Shown: positions 1-17,626, counted from the stretch's first letter. The stretch: 64,000 nucleotides of DNA from Escherichia coli (GCF_011045215.1 NZ_CP049201.1); one strand, 5' to 3'. Made by a program: numbers and translations. The notes: generated from the sequence alone by a model not told the origin.

Positions 1-237
1 GTGCTGACCCAACATTTAGGTTTATCGTTGCGCGATTGCATGGCCTTTGGTGATGCGATGAACGATCGCGAAATGTTAGGCAGCGTCGGTAGCGGATTTA
101 TTATGGGCAATGCGATGCCGCAACTGCGCGCGGAGCTCCCGCATTTACCGGTGATTGGACATTGCCGAAATCAGGCTGTCTCTCACTATTTGACGCACTG
201 GCTGGACTATCCACATCTACCTTATTCCCCCGAATAA
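1..237 (+). CDS. cof: HMP-PP phosphatase Cof, C-terminal fragment (5-prime end outside window)
   Basis: ORF runs from window edge to stop at 237; position upstream of decR-mdlAB matches the cof locus; identity by recollection. Confidence 0.65.
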
Positions 238-389
238 CGAGATCCCTTCCAGCACCGGGCAATTGCCCGGTTTTTTTTGCGTTGAATTTGTCATTTTGTG
301 CCGTGGTGTTTAAACCGCACAGAATAAATTGTCGTGATTTCACCTTTAAAATAAAATTAAAAGAGAAAAAAATTCTCTGTGGAAGGGCT

Positions 390-848
390 ATGTTAGATAA
401 AATTGACCGTAAGCTGCTGGCCTTACTGCAGCAGGATTGCACCCTCTCTTTGCAGGCACTGGCTGAAGCCGTTAATCTGACAACCACCCCTTGCTGGAAG
501 CGCCTGAAACGGCTGGAGGACGACGGTATCCTTATCGGCAAAGTCGCCCTGCTGGATCCGGAAAAAATAGGCCTCGGCCTGACCGCCTTTGTGCTGATAA
601 AAACGCAACATCACAGCAGCGAATGGTATTGCCGCTTTGTCACGGTGGTTACCGAAATGCCAGAAGTGCTGGGGTTCTGGCGCATGGCTGGTGAATACGA
701 TTATCTGATGCGCGTCCAGGTTGCCGACATGAAACGCTACGACGAGTTTTATAAGCGTCTGGTAAACAGCGTGCCGGGGCTGTCGGACGTCACTTCCAGC
801 TTCGCGATGGAACAGATTAAATACACCACTTCTTTACCCATCGAATAA
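390..848 (+). CDS. decR: Lrp/AsnC-family transcriptional regulator DecR (YbaO)
   Basis: Track ORF 162-848; internal ATG at 390 gives the Lrp-like protein [16 protein letters not shown]... with HTH and RAM-domain sequence; the upstream extension overlaps the cof 3-prime end and is judged spurious. Confidence 0.8.
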
Positions 849-877
849 ATATCCAGAATCAGGTCAGGACACAACGC

Positions 878-4424
<3,547 letters not shown>

Positions 4425-4535
4425 ATAGCGCAATATCTCATCGTTGGTGCAAAAATGTAACGCACTGTGCACTGTCATAGTGCGTTTTCATTTTCAATCT
4501 TCTTAACTTCCTGCTCTCTTTCTCGTTTTTCATTT

Positions 4536-4551
4536 CTGGCACACCGCTTGC
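4536..4551 (+). promoter_or_regulatory. sigma54 (-24/-12) promoter of glnK-amtB
   Basis: TGGCAC-N5-TTGCA match (tggcacaccgcttgca) about 55-70 nt upstream of the glnK start; glnK is a known NtrC/sigma54 target. Confidence 0.65.
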
Positions 4552-4604
4552 AATACCTTCTTCGTGTAGCAGAACCATTACCGAATTCTGACCGGAGGGG
4601 ATCT

Positions 4605-4943
4605 ATGAAGCTGGTGACCGTGATAATCAAACCATTCAAGCTGGAAGACGTTCGTGAAGCGTTATCTTCCATTGGTATTCAGGGCCTGACCGTCACCGAA
4701 GTGAAAGGTTTCGGGCGTCAGAAAGGGCATGCCGAGCTGTACCGGGGGGCGGAATACAGCGTCAACTTCCTGCCAAAAGTAAAAATTGATGTGGCGATTG
4801 CTGATGACCAACTCGATGAAGTGATCGATATCGTCAGTAAGGCGGCTTACACCGGAAAAATTGGCGACGGCAAAATCTTCGTCGCTGAATTGCAACGCGT
4901 CATTCGTATTCGTACCGGCGAAGCCGACGAAGCGGCGCTGTAA
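4605..4943 (+). CDS. glnK: PII nitrogen regulatory protein GlnK
   Basis: 112-aa protein MKLVTVIIKPFKLEDVREAL... with T-loop RGAEY; immediately upstream of amtB. Confidence 0.95.
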   Translation: MKLVTVIIKPFKLEDVREALSSIGIQGLTVTEVKGFGRQKGHAELYRGAEYSVNFLPKVKIDVAIADDQLDEVIDIVSKAAYTGKIGDGKIFVAELQRVIRIRTGEADEAAL

Positions 4944-4972
4944 TCTCTGGCACACAGCAACAGGAACGAAAA

Positions 4973-6259
4973 ATGAAGATAGCGACGATAAAAACTGGGC
5001 TTGCTTCACTGGCGATGCTGCCGGGACTGGTAATTGCTGCACCTGCGGTGGCCGATAAAGCCGACAATGCGTTTATGATGATTTGTACTGCACTGGTGCT
5101 GTTTATGACTATTCCGGGGATTGCCCTGTTTTACGGTGGGTTGATTCGCGGCAAAAACGTGCTGTCGATGCTGACGCAGGTGACGGTGACGTTTGCACTG
5201 GTCTGTATTCTCTGGGTGGTTTACGGTTACTCGCTGGCGTTTGGTGAGGGCAACAACTTCTTCGGCAACATTAACTGGCTGATGCTGAAAAACATCGAAC
5301 TGACGGCGGTGATGGGCAGCATTTATCAGTATATCCACGTGGCGTTTCAGGGATCGTTTGCCTGCATTACCGTCGGCTTGATAGTTGGGGCGCTGGCGGA
5401 ACGAATCCGCTTCTCAGCTGTGTTGATTTTCGTGGTGGTATGGCTGACGCTCTCTTACATTCCGATTGCGCATATGGTGTGGGGCGGTGGTTTGCTGGCT
5501 TCTCACGGTGCGCTGGATTTCGCGGGTGGCACCGTGGTGCACATTAACGCCGCAATCGCCGGTCTGGTGGGCGCGTATCTGATAGGAAAACGCGTGGGCT
5601 TCGGTAAAGAGGCGTTTAAACCGCACAACCTGCCGATGGTCTTCACCGGGACTGCCATTCTCTATATCGGTTGGTTTGGCTTTAACGCCGGGTCAGCGGG
5701 CACGGCGAATGAAATCGCGGCACTGGCATTTGTGAATACTGTGGTCGCAACGGCGGCGGCAATTCTTGGCTGGATCTTCGGTGAATGGGCGCTGCGTGGT
5801 AAGCCTTCACTGCTGGGGGCGTGTTCTGGCGCGATTGCCGGTCTGGTCGGCGTGACGCCAGCCTGTGGCTACATTGGTGTTGGCGGCGCGTTGATTATCG
5901 GCGTGGTAGCTGGTCTGGCGGGCTTGTGGGGCGTTACCATGCTCAAACGCTTGCTGCGGGTGGATGATCCCTGCGATGTCTTCGGTGTGCACGGCGTTTG
6001 TGGCATTGTCGGCTGTATCATGACCGGGATTTTTGCCGCCAGCTCGCTGGGCGGCGTGGGCTTCGCTGAAGGTGTGACGATGGGCCATCAGTTGCTGGTA
6101 CAGTTGGAAAGCATTGCCATTACGATCGTCTGGTCCGGTGTGGTGGCATTTATTGGCTACAAACTGGCGGATCTGACGGTTGGCCTGCGTGTGCCGGAAG
6201 AACAAGAGCGAGAAGGGCTGGACGTCAACAGTCACGGCGAGAATGCCTATAACGCGTAA
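4973..6259 (+). CDS. amtB: ammonium channel AmtB
   Basis: 428-aa polytopic membrane protein with signal peptide; conserved glnK-amtB operon arrangement. Confidence 0.95.
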   Translation: MKIATIKTGLASLAMLPGLVIAAPAVADKADNAFMMICTALVLFMTIPGIALFYGGLIRGKNVLSMLTQVTVTFALVCILWVVYGYSLAFGEGNNFFGNINWLMLKNIELTAVMGSIYQYIHVAFQGSFACITVGLIVGALAERIRFSAVLIFVVVWLTLSYIPIAHMVWGGGLLASHGALDFAGGTVVHINAAIAGLVGAYLIGKRVGFGKEAFKPHNLPMVFTGTAILYIGWFGFNAGSAGTANEIAALAFVNTVVATAAAILGWIFGEWALRGKPSLLGACSGAIAGLVGVTPACGYIGVGGALIIGVVAGLAGLWGVTMLKRLLRVDDPCDVFGVHGVCGIVGCIMTGIFAASSLGGVGFAEGVTMGHQLLVQLESIAITIVWSGVVAFIGYKLADLTVGLRVPEEQEREGLDVNSHGENAYNA

Positions 6260-6270
6260 CAAGCACTGCA

Positions 6271-6309
6271 AAAAACAGCCGGACGGTTTTCACCTCCGGC
6301 TATTTTTTT
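6271..6309. terminator. bidirectional rho-independent terminator between amtB and tesB
   Basis: GC hairpin gccggacggttttcacctccggc flanked by an A-run upstream and a T-run downstream. Confidence 0.7.
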
Positions 6310-7168
6310 AATTGTGATTCCGCATCACCCCTTCCTGAACGGTCGAGGCAACCAGTACGCCGTCCTGGGTATAAAACTCACCGCGCACAAAGCCACGTGC
6401 GCTGGACGCCGAGGTGCTCTCCACGCTATACAGCAGCCATTCATTCAAATTAAACGGGCGATGGAACCACATGGAATGGTCAATGGTGGCAATCTGAATC
6501 CCCGGCTCGAGAAAACCGATGCCGTGCGGCTGTAGAGCTACCGGCAGGAAGTTAAGATCAGAAGCGTAACCGAGCAGATACTGATGAACGCGCAGGTCAT
6601 CCGGCACGCTACCATTTGCGCGGATCCACACCTGACGATGTGGTTCTGCGGCGTGACCTTTCAGTGGGTTATGAAACTCCACTGGACGGACTTCCAGCGG
6701 ACGATCGCAGATGAATTTATCTTTAAGCACTGGCGGCAGCAGGTGCGCCAGCGATTGGGCGATTTGCGTTTCCGAAGGCAGGCCATCAGGCGCTGGCGCG
6801 GACGGCATTGTTTTTTGATGTTCGAAACCCGCTTCTGGTGCCTGGAAAGAGGCCGTCATATAAAAAATCGGTTTGCCGTTTTGAATAGCAGCAACCCGGC
6901 GGGCGCTGAAGCTGTTACCGTCACGCAGCGTTTCGACATCATAAATAATCGGCTTCTTACTATCGCCAGGGCGAAGAAAGTAGCTGTGAAACGAATGTAC
7001 CAGCCGCTCTTCAGGGACGGTCTCTTTTGCAGCATACAAGGCCTGACCCACGACCTGGCCGCCAAATACCTGGCGTAAACCTAAATCTTCACTCTGGCCG
7101 CGAAAGAGTCCTTCCTCAATTTTTTCCAGATTTAACAATGTCAGTAAATTTTTTAGCGCCTGACTCAT
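6308..7168 (-). CDS. tesB: acyl-CoA thioesterase II
   Basis: Track ORF 6308-7186; protein recognisable from [30 protein letters not shown]..., so start placed at the internal Met at 7168. Confidence 0.9.
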   Translation of the reverse strand: MSQALKNLLTLLNLEKIEEGLFRGQSEDLGLRQVFGGQVVGQALYAAKETVPEERLVHSFHSYFLRPGDSKKPIIYDVETLRDGNSFSARRVAAIQNGKPIFYMTASFQAPEAGFEHQKTMPSAPAPDGLPSETQIAQSLAHLLPPVLKDKFICDRPLEVRPVEFHNPLKGHAAEPHRQVWIRANGSVPDDLRVHQYLLGYASDLNFLPVALQPHGIGFLEPGIQIATIDHSMWFHRPFNLNEWLLYSVESTSASSARGFVRGEFYTQDGVLVASTVQEGVMRNHN

Positions 7169-7385
7169 ATAACTCTCCAGTAACAAAGCTGCCGCAGCAA
7201 GCCAAAGTGAGTTGAGTATAACGCAAATTTGCTACTGGTCCGATGGGTGCAATGGTCTGAATTACGGGCTAATTACAGGCAGAAATGCGTGATGTGTGCC
7301 ACACTTGTTGACGTTACTATTTTGTTAACCACTCTTCCGGCGAGGAAAGTTAGCCCGCTGGTGCATTGATAATAAGGAGAAATGA

Positions 7386-7958
7386 ATGAAACTCGTGCAC
7401 ATGGCCAGTGGTTTAGCGGTTGCGATTGCGTTGGCGGCTTGCGCAGATAAAAGCGCGGATATTCAGACGCCAGCCCCGGCTGCAAATACGTCTATTTCAG
7501 CAACACAACAACCTGCTATCCAGCAACCGAATGTCTCCGGTACCGTCTGGATCCGTCAGAAAGTCGCACTGCCGCCTGATGCCGTGCTGACCGTGACACT
7601 TTCTGACGCGTCGTTAGCCGATGCGCCGTCTAAAGTGCTGGCGCAGAAAGCGGTGCGTACCGAAGGTAAACAGTCACCATTCAGTTTTGTTCTGCCATTT
7701 AACCCGGCAGATGTTCAGCCGAACGCGCGTATTCTGTTGAGTGCGGCGATTACCGTGAATGACAAACTGGTATTTATTACCGATACCGTTCAGCCGGTGA
7801 TCAACCAGGGGGGAACCAAAGCCGACCTGACATTGGTTCCGGTTCAGCAAACCGCCGTGCCGGTTCAGGCCAGCGGTGGCGCAACGACTACCGTACCTTC
7901 GACTTCACCAACTCAGGTGAATCCGTCTTCGGCAGTTCCAGCTCCTACGCAATATTAA
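7386..7958 (+). CDS. ybaY: outer-membrane lipoprotein YbaY
   Basis: 190-aa ORF with lipoprotein signal (LAVAIALAAC) and a Pro/Ala/Thr/Gln-rich C-terminal tail. Confidence 0.85.
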   Translation: MKLVHMASGLAVAIALAACADKSADIQTPAPAANTSISATQQPAIQQPNVSGTVWIRQKVALPPDAVLTVTLSDASLADAPSKVLAQKAVRTEGKQSPFSFVLPFNPADVQPNARILLSAAITVNDKLVFITDTVQPVINQGGTKADLTLVPVQQTAVPVQASGGATTTVPSTSPTQVNPSSAVPAPTQY

Positions 7959-7988
7959 GCGACGTTAACCCTCTCCGCCCGGAGAGGG

Positions 7989-8378
7989 TTAGTAGTCCCA
8001 GCGATAACGCTGCAAGTCGATTTGCCCGCTTCCCGATACCATCACACCTTCTGCCAGTAATGCCTGTCGCTGACGCTGTAAATCCGGTCCGGTTAGCGAA
8101 ATTGTGCCGTGACGATTAACCACCCGGTGCCAGGGTAAGGTGCTGCCTTCAGGGAGACGCTTTAACACACCGCCCACCTGGCGCGCGGCGCGGGGCGATC
8201 CCGCCAGTTTCGCCACATCACCGTAAGTGGTGACATAGCCTTCGGGAATAGCGGCGACGATTTGCCAGACGCGTTGGGGAAATGAATCTTCTTTTTCCAT
8301 CTTTTCTTCCTGAGGTAATTTTTCAGCATAATCTGGAAAAACGCCCGAGTGAAGCCGCATTGTGCAAGAAACCAGCAT
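7989..8378 (-). CDS. atl: alkyltransferase-like DNA base-flipping protein (YbaZ/Atl)
   Basis: Track ORF 7989-8399; Ogt-like DNA-binding domain sequence (YGDVAKLAGSPRAARQVGGVL, PWHRVVN); start placed at the internal Met giving ~129 aa, start uncertain. Confidence 0.75.
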   Translation of the reverse strand: MLVSCTMRLHSGVFPDYAEKLPQEEKMEKEDSFPQRVWQIVAAIPEGYVTTYGDVAKLAGSPRAARQVGGVLKRLPEGSTLPWHRVVNRHGTISLTGPDLQRQRQALLAEGVMVSGSGQIDLQRYRWDY

Positions 8379-8454
8379 CTGGCACGCAATGGGTTGCAAT
8401 TAGCCGGGGCAGCAGTGATAATGCGCCTGCGCGTTGGTTCTCAACGCTCTCAAT

Positions 8455-8568
8455 GGGGGCTCTGTTGGTTCTCCCGCAACGCTACTCTGTTTACCAGGTC
8501 AGGTCCGGAAGGAAGCAGCCAAGGCAGATGACGCGTGTGCCGGGATGTAGCTGGCAGGGCCCCCACCC
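8455..8568 (+). ncRNA. ffs: 4.5S RNA (SRP RNA)
   Basis: Sequence reads GGGGGCTCTGTTGGTTCTCCCGCAACGC...GGAAGGAAGCAGCCAAGGCAGA...GGGCCCCCACCC, matching the 114-nt 4.5S RNA including the conserved domain IV loop; located between atl and ybaA. Confidence 0.93.
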
Positions 8569-8678
8569 ATTTCTGCCTCCCACCATTTCGTCAAAAAATC
8601 CCAACATGGCTAAACTTTAACCACAACTGACGTCGCAAGAATTGTCTGGCTGCGCAGTACGCTTCGGAGGTATGTCTG

Positions 8679-9032
8679 ATGAAGTATGTTGATGGTTTTG
8701 TGGTTGCCGTTCCTGCCGATAAAAAGGATGCCTATCGGGAAATGGCCGCTAAGGCCGCGCCATTGTTTAAAGAGTTTGGCGCGCTTCGTATTGTCGAATG
8801 CTGGGCCAGCGATGTACCGGATGGCAAAGTGACCGATTTTCGTATGGCGGTGAAAGCGGAAGAGAATGAAGAGGTTGTCTTTAGCTGGATTGAATACCCT
8901 TCAAAAGAGGTCCGCGACGCAGCTAATCAAAAGATGATGTCGGACCCACGGATGAAAGAGTTCGGCGAGTCCATGCCGTTTGACGGCAAGCGAATGATCT
9001 ATGGTGGATTCGAGTCAATCATCGACGAGTAG
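8679..9032 (+). CDS. ybaA: DUF1428 family protein YbaA
   Basis: 117-aa ORF downstream of ffs with good RBS (ggaggt) 7 nt upstream. Confidence 0.85.
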   Translation: MKYVDGFVVAVPADKKDAYREMAAKAAPLFKEFGALRIVECWASDVPDGKVTDFRMAVKAEENEEVVFSWIEYPSKEVRDAANQKMMSDPRMKEFGESMPFDGKRMIYGGFESIIDE

Positions 9033-9073
9033 GTAGCGTGACGGGCTGTGCGGCGTGCCGTCAGCCCAAAAAT

Positions 9074-10630
9074 TCACAAATGTTGCTCGGCCCAGCGTAA
9101 GAAATCTTCTTTCGGTAATGCCTTGCTGTAGAGCCAGCCCTGACCGTAGTGCACGCCATGCTGGCGTAGCCACTCTTCTTGTTTACTGGTTTCGATTCCC
9201 TCCGCTACCATTTTCAGTTTCAGTGTTTTTGCCATTTCGATGATATGCGGCGTGACATTTTTATATTCCAGCGCATCAACGAAAGATTTATCGATCTTCA
9301 GAATGTCGACATCCAGATCCTGTAAATAACTTAAACTTGAATACCCCGTACCAAAATCATCAAGATAAATTTCATGGCCCGCCTCCCGGTAGCGAGAAAT
9401 AATCGGGGCGCTGGTTTTCGGATCGGCAAACTCGCGTTCCGTGAGTTCAAGCGCGATCTGTCTGGGATTAACCTGATAGTGATTGATCATTTCACGCAGC
9501 AATTGCGGGATTTTTTCCGAGGTGAGCACGGTGGATTCAAGATTGATCGAAATATGCTGCTGCGGATGCTGACGCAGCCAGTCGCCCATATCTTCAAAGA
9601 CGCTTCTTATAATCAGTAGCGTCAATGGCTCAGAAAGGCCCGTTTGCTGTGCCAGCGGAATAAAACTATCTGGTGACAACCAACTACCGTCTGTCTGCGG
9701 CCAGCGCGCCAGTGCCTCAGCACCGACAATTTTGCCATTGGCTAAGGAGACAATCGGCTGATAGTGCACGCAAATATCACGATTTTCGATAGCATCCTGC
9801 AGCCGATGATGCGGTGACTGGATGCGGCGCAAAATACGCAGCACAAACATCGCTGCCAGCAGGCCAATCACCAACCCGAGCGGTAACCAAATAAAGACTT
9901 GCCGATGCCAGCCTTTCTGCAACATTTTCGTTGAAGCCCAGGTGATGATCGAAATATTCATCTCCGGGAAGGGCAGGATATCGTAAATGATTCCATTATT
10001 TTCGATATGCTCACCGGGTGTTTTTTGTAGCCTGGTAATAATTCCCTGAGCAATTTCATCGCTGCTGGTTATGACAACATTATGGGCATTGCCAATAATG
10101 GCGGCATCAATTTGCCATGAGCTATAGGGAATGACATCAATAAAGGAAGCGGGGTCGATCATGACGACATAATGTGCCGTTCCCATGGCGACCATGTAAC
10201 GGATAATGCCTAAATCGTTATGCGATGTTAACCAGACACGATAACCATCTTTCGAAATTTTACCTGGCTCGGGGAAGGTATCGGGCGGACTCTCATGCTC
10301 CAGAGACGAACATTGGGGAACGTTGTTATCGATATAAACCACTTCCTGAATATAGCGATAACTGTAAGATACCCGACGCATTTCCATGAGATGGGCTTCG
10401 CTACAGGCAGCGCCTTGCCATCTTTCCAGCTCTTGCAGCGCATCTTTCCCTTGTGTCGCCACCTTATTGGCCCGAATAGCGACGCGGGAGGAATAGGTAT
10501 CCAGCTCTTCAATAAACGATGTTTCTACCTGCTGATGGGCCAGCCAGATGCTTAAGCCGACAGGCAGCAATACTGAAAGAATCAGTACTCCCGAAATAAG
10601 GCCGACCAGATGTCGTGTTCTCACCAGCAT
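9074..10630 (-). CDS. pdeB: c-di-GMP phosphodiesterase PdeB (YlaB), CSS-motif sensor plus EAL domain
   Basis: 518-aa ORF with N-terminal TM segment, periplasmic domain, second TM and a C-terminal EAL domain (EALARW, DDFGTGYSSL); the annotated start may be the GTG two codons downstream (10624). Confidence 0.85.
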   Translation of the reverse strand: MLVRTRHLVGLISGVLILSVLLPVGLSIWLAHQQVETSFIEELDTYSSRVAIRANKVATQGKDALQELERWQGAACSEAHLMEMRRVSYSYRYIQEVVYIDNNVPQCSSLEHESPPDTFPEPGKISKDGYRVWLTSHNDLGIIRYMVAMGTAHYVVMIDPASFIDVIPYSSWQIDAAIIGNAHNVVITSSDEIAQGIITRLQKTPGEHIENNGIIYDILPFPEMNISIITWASTKMLQKGWHRQVFIWLPLGLVIGLLAAMFVLRILRRIQSPHHRLQDAIENRDICVHYQPIVSLANGKIVGAEALARWPQTDGSWLSPDSFIPLAQQTGLSEPLTLLIIRSVFEDMGDWLRQHPQQHISINLESTVLTSEKIPQLLREMINHYQVNPRQIALELTEREFADPKTSAPIISRYREAGHEIYLDDFGTGYSSLSYLQDLDVDILKIDKSFVDALEYKNVTPHIIEMAKTLKLKMVAEGIETSKQEEWLRQHGVHYGQGWLYSKALPKEDFLRWAEQHL

Positions 10631-10787
10631 ATCCTTATTAACACAGTGTAGGGAAAGTATATCTGATTGTGGAAAAAGGCTGGCAGGAGATAAGGAGGTA
10701 GAGCTGGTATTTCATGAAGTGATGGGTGGAAACGATCGTTGTCATTTGACCAGGCGCAGAGCTTTACGCCTGGTATGTAATCCTAAC

Positions 10788-11258
10788 TTAAGATGTTGAT
10801 TCGGCGCGAGCGAGGGTAAAAATATCGTAAAAAGACAGTTCACCTTTACGGACGATCATTTTTTGCAGTTGTTCCTTATGAACATCCGCGACACGCGGAG
10901 AGTTCAAGATGGCTTCAACCAGCGCGGCAGGTACAAAGCGCGTGTTGTACCATTCGCCGTTATAGCAAACGCGGAAATCCAGCACGTCGATATCTTCATA
11001 GCGGTAGCGTGGGTAGACATCGAAAAAGAAGAAACCATTAAGCAGGATAAATAATACAACCAGTAGCCAGACAGAGCCTGAAAGCGTTTCGGACTGCAAC
11101 ATCACCGCCAGGGTGGCAAAAAAAGCAACGTACATACCGATAAACAGCCCCGGATGTTTACGGATAAAACTGATACTAAAGCGGGGTTTGTTGTCGCGTT
11201 TTTCGCGGGTATTCAGAGACTCAATCGTTTCGGTCAGCAGGCGTTGTATTTCGGTCAT
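10788..11258 (-). CDS. ylaC: inner membrane protein YlaC
   Basis: Track ORF 10788-11297; protein begins [16 protein letters not shown] at the internal Met (11258); two hydrophobic TM segments. Confidence 0.8.
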
Positions 11259-11373
11259 CGTTTGCCTTCGTGGTATCTGCAACTTTCCAGGGAACACCCT
11301 ATTTTAACGTGGGAATAGTAGAGGGAAAGTAACAGATTTACCACAATTTTGCATAACAGTTGCGAAAAACCGA

Positions 11374-11925
11374 TTACAATTTTTTAATTATTCTGGCTGG
11401 ATTACCGCCCACGACAACGTTGTCCGGGACATCTTTTGTGACAACTGCACCTGAGGCTACCACGACGTTATCACCAATGGTCACACCAGGGTTAATGACC
11501 GCGCGTCCGCCAATCCAGACGTTATTACCGATGGTGACGGGTTTCCCCAGTTCAGCACCGCTATTACGTGCTACAGGGTCGATGGGATGTGTTGCCGTGT
11601 AGATATGAACGCCTGGTGCCAACATACAGTTATCACCGATGCGAATAGGGCAGACATCAAGCATCACACAATCGAAGTTGGCGAAAAAATTATTACCGAG
11701 AAAAATGTTATAGCCATAGTCACAGCGAAACGTTGGCTCAATATAAGCCTCTGTCACCTGACCAAATAAATCAGCGAGAATTTGCTGGCGTAATGTGTGC
11801 TCTTCCGCCAGGGAATGATTGTATCGGTGAATAAGCTGACGAGCGCGCAGGCGATCGCGAGATAACGTCTCATCTGCCGAGCGATACAACTCACCAGCAA
11901 TCATCTTTTCTTTTTCTGTGCTCAT
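11374..11925 (-). CDS. maa: maltose O-acetyltransferase (hexapeptide-repeat acyltransferase)
   Basis: 183-aa ORF with left-handed beta-helix hexapeptide repeats ([45 protein letters not shown]). Confidence 0.9.
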
Positions 11926-12096
11926 TACTGACCTCCGGTTGCTGAAAATGCGGCAACACAGTAAGACGAAAAGTCAGTGAAGAGAACGTTCCCATTACAT
12001 CTGTGTGATAAAGATCACATAGGGTATGTCTTCATGGCGAAAAAGTATAAAATTCTTAATAAACAGCCGGTTATAGCTCCGAAAGCGAATTATTTA

Positions 12097-12315
12097 TTAG
12101 CGAATAAATTTCCATACAGAGGAAGGGATCTTGTCGTACAGTTTATTCATGGTCAATTCGGCGAGGCGGTGATCTGCGGCTGAGTAAAATACCGCCAGTT
12201 CATTATCTGATAATTCGTATTTATTTTTCTCGATAACACGCTCCAGCGTGTCAATTGTCTGGCAACGACGTAAACGCATTAAATAATCGGTTTTCGTTAA
12301 AGGTTTTTCGGACAT
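12097..12315 (-). CDS. hha: haemolysin expression-modulating protein Hha
   Basis: 72-aa product [72 protein letters not shown]; track ORF 12097-12561 is a long upstream extension. Confidence 0.93.
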
Positions 12316-12340
12316 ACTTCTACCCATGGTTGTAATAATT

Positions 12341-12715
12341 CTAACAAGATAAACTCGCAGGATTCTCTTTCGTCGCATTGACAAAACAACGGAATAGTCG
12401 ATTACCTGACTTCCGCCATTTCTGAAGATCCTGCATATTAATACCATAACTGCTGAACAACATAAAGGTGTCATCCAGATATTCGTCGATCTGCTCAATG
12501 AGCTTATTGTCTTCATTATACTTAATTTTGTAATTAAGTGCGAAGGTCGCAATATGCTCAATCAGTTCATTCAACTGGAGGTTGATCGCCGAGGTTGGGT
12601 CGTTTACCCAGCCATGATTGCTTTCTTCAAGGTTTGCAAGGCAGTCATGATACAGGGTTTCACAGAGAAACTTAAGCTGTGCGATATCATGTCTTTTGGG
12701 TGAGTATTCATCCAT
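12341..12715 (-). CDS. tomB: Hha toxicity modulator TomB (YbaJ)
   Basis: 124-aa ORF immediately upstream of hha in the same orientation. Confidence 0.9.
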
Positions 12716-13220
12716 AACGCGTCCCCTTCTTAGCGGTTGAACTAACGGACACCTTTCGGGATGGAAAAAACTTACTGACCTGGACTTGCCCTCTCGTTTG
12801 TTAGCTTAACTATAAGCCACTCTTTGCAGGTTTTCATCGCATTATTACGAAAAATTACAATTAGGAAGGAAGCGGGACAGGACTCACTTTTTCATACTAG
12901 CACTAACCCGCAGCAGGTAAAAGCAGTTTGCTCGAACTATTCATAACATTTCAGGATTATCGCCAGATGAAATTGGTGACACTAATACCAGGATTGCTCT
13001 GAATATGACGTAATAACCGAGGAATGAATAAAGAATTACCGCAAATAATTAAGAATAGCCTCTAAATGATTATGGATTATTAAATCTATTAGCGCTACTT
13101 AATATAAATTAACTAACAATCAGTATTTTTTATGAATTTTATCCGTGGTTAATACTGGTTTTCGTATGAGATCCTGAGTTGGTGGTTCAATTACTCCTTA
13201 ATGTTCGTAGGTTATGCATA

Positions 13221-13242
13221 AAAAAGGCCGCTTACGCGGCCT
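13221..13242 (-). terminator. rho-independent terminator downstream of acrB
   Basis: Hairpin aaggccgcttacgcggcctt; on the minus strand it is followed by a T-run. Confidence 0.65.
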
Positions 13243-13260
13243 TAGTGATTACACGTTGTA

Positions 13261-16413
<3,153 letters not shown>

Positions 16414-16432
16414 TTAACGGCTCCTGTTTAAG

Positions 16433-17626
16433 TTAAGACTTGGACTGTTCAGGCTGAGCACCGCTTGCGGCTTGCTGGTTATTATCAGCGGTAACTTCTT
16501 GTGCTTTTACCTGGACACCAGGACGCACTTTCTGCAGCCCACTTATTACTACGCGATCGCCTGCTTTCAGACCTTCTGTCACCAGCCACTTATCGCCAAT
16601 AGCCTGGCTTGCAACGATCGGACGGGTTTCCACTTTGTCATCCGCGCCAACTACCAGTACGGTGGCATCGCCACGCGGCGTACGGGTTACGCCCTGTTGC
16701 GGGACTAAAATAGCGTTTGGATTAAGCCCTTCTTCCAGACGTGCGCGCACGAACATACCCGGCAGCAGAGTGTGATCCGGGTTCGGGAAGATAGCGCGTA
16801 GGGTGATAGACCCAGTGGTCTGATCAACGGTAACGTCAGAGAATTCCAGCGTACCGTCCTGCGGGAACTTAATGCCGTCACTGGTGATCAGCGACACTTT
16901 GGCTTTGCCGTTCTCTTGTTTCAGCGTGCCATTCGCCAGTTCCTGTTTCAGGCGCAGGAAGTCGTTGCTGGACTGGGTCACATCAACGTAGATCGGATCA
17001 AGTTGCTGCACGGTTGCCAGCGCAGTCGCCTGACCGTTCTGTACCAATGCGCCTTCCGTCACGTTCGACTTACCAATGCGACCGCTAATCGGAGAGGTTA
17101 CTTTGGTGTAAGCCAGATTGATCCGCGCAGTTTCAACAGCAGCTTTCGCCGCAGTTACCGCAGCATTCGCCTGTTGCGCATCAGCCAGAGCCTGATCGTA
17201 CTCTTGCTTACTGATGTACTGAGTACCGAGCAGTTTCTGATAACGATTCACCGTCAATTGCGCGATATTGGCTGCAGCCTGGGCTTTCGCCAGATCACCT
17301 TTCGCACTGTCGTATGTCGCCTGATAGGTCGCAGGATCAATCTGATAGAGAGAGACACCTGCTTCGATGTCGCTACCTTCTTTGAAATTACGCTTCAGGA
17401 TAATCCCGCTAACTTGAGGACGAACTTCTGCGATCCGGTAGGCACTGGTGCGACCCGGAAGCTCGGTTGTGATCTGCAGAGGTTCAGTTTTGACTGTTAC
17501 TACGCCAACGGCGGGCATCTGCTGGCCACCTTGTTGGGCCTGTTTGTCGTCACATCCTGTTAGGGCTAAGCTGCCTGAGAGCATCAGAACGACCGCCAGA
17601 GGCGTAAACCCTCTGTTTTTGTTCAT
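16433..17626 (-). CDS. acrA: periplasmic adaptor (membrane fusion) protein AcrA
   Basis: Track ORF 16433-17662; lipoprotein start MNKNRGFTPLAVVLMLSGSLALTGC at the internal Met (17626). Confidence 0.95.
   Translation of the reverse strand: MNKNRGFTPLAVVLMLSGSLALTGCDDKQAQQGGQQMPAVGVVTVKTEPLQITTELPGRTSAYRIAEVRPQVSGIILKRNFKEGSDIEAGVSLYQIDPATYQATYDSAKGDLAKAQAAANIAQLTVNRYQKLLGTQYISKQEYDQALADAQQANAAVTAAKAAVETARINLAYTKVTSPISGRIGKSNVTEGALVQNGQATALATVQQLDPIYVDVTQSSNDFLRLKQELANGTLKQENGKAKVSLITSDGIKFPQDGTLEFSDVTVDQTTGSITLRAIFPNPDHTLLPGMFVRARLEEGLNPNAILVPQQGVTRTPRGDATVLVVGADDKVETRPIVASQAIGDKWLVTEGLKAGDRVVISGLQKVRPGVQVKAQEVTADNNQQAASGAQPEQSKS

Noticed and set aside
162-389. N-terminal extension of the decR ORF starting at 162
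   Set aside because: Overlaps the 3-prime end of cof and a non-coding intergenic tract; the recognisable Lrp-like protein starts at the ATG at 390.
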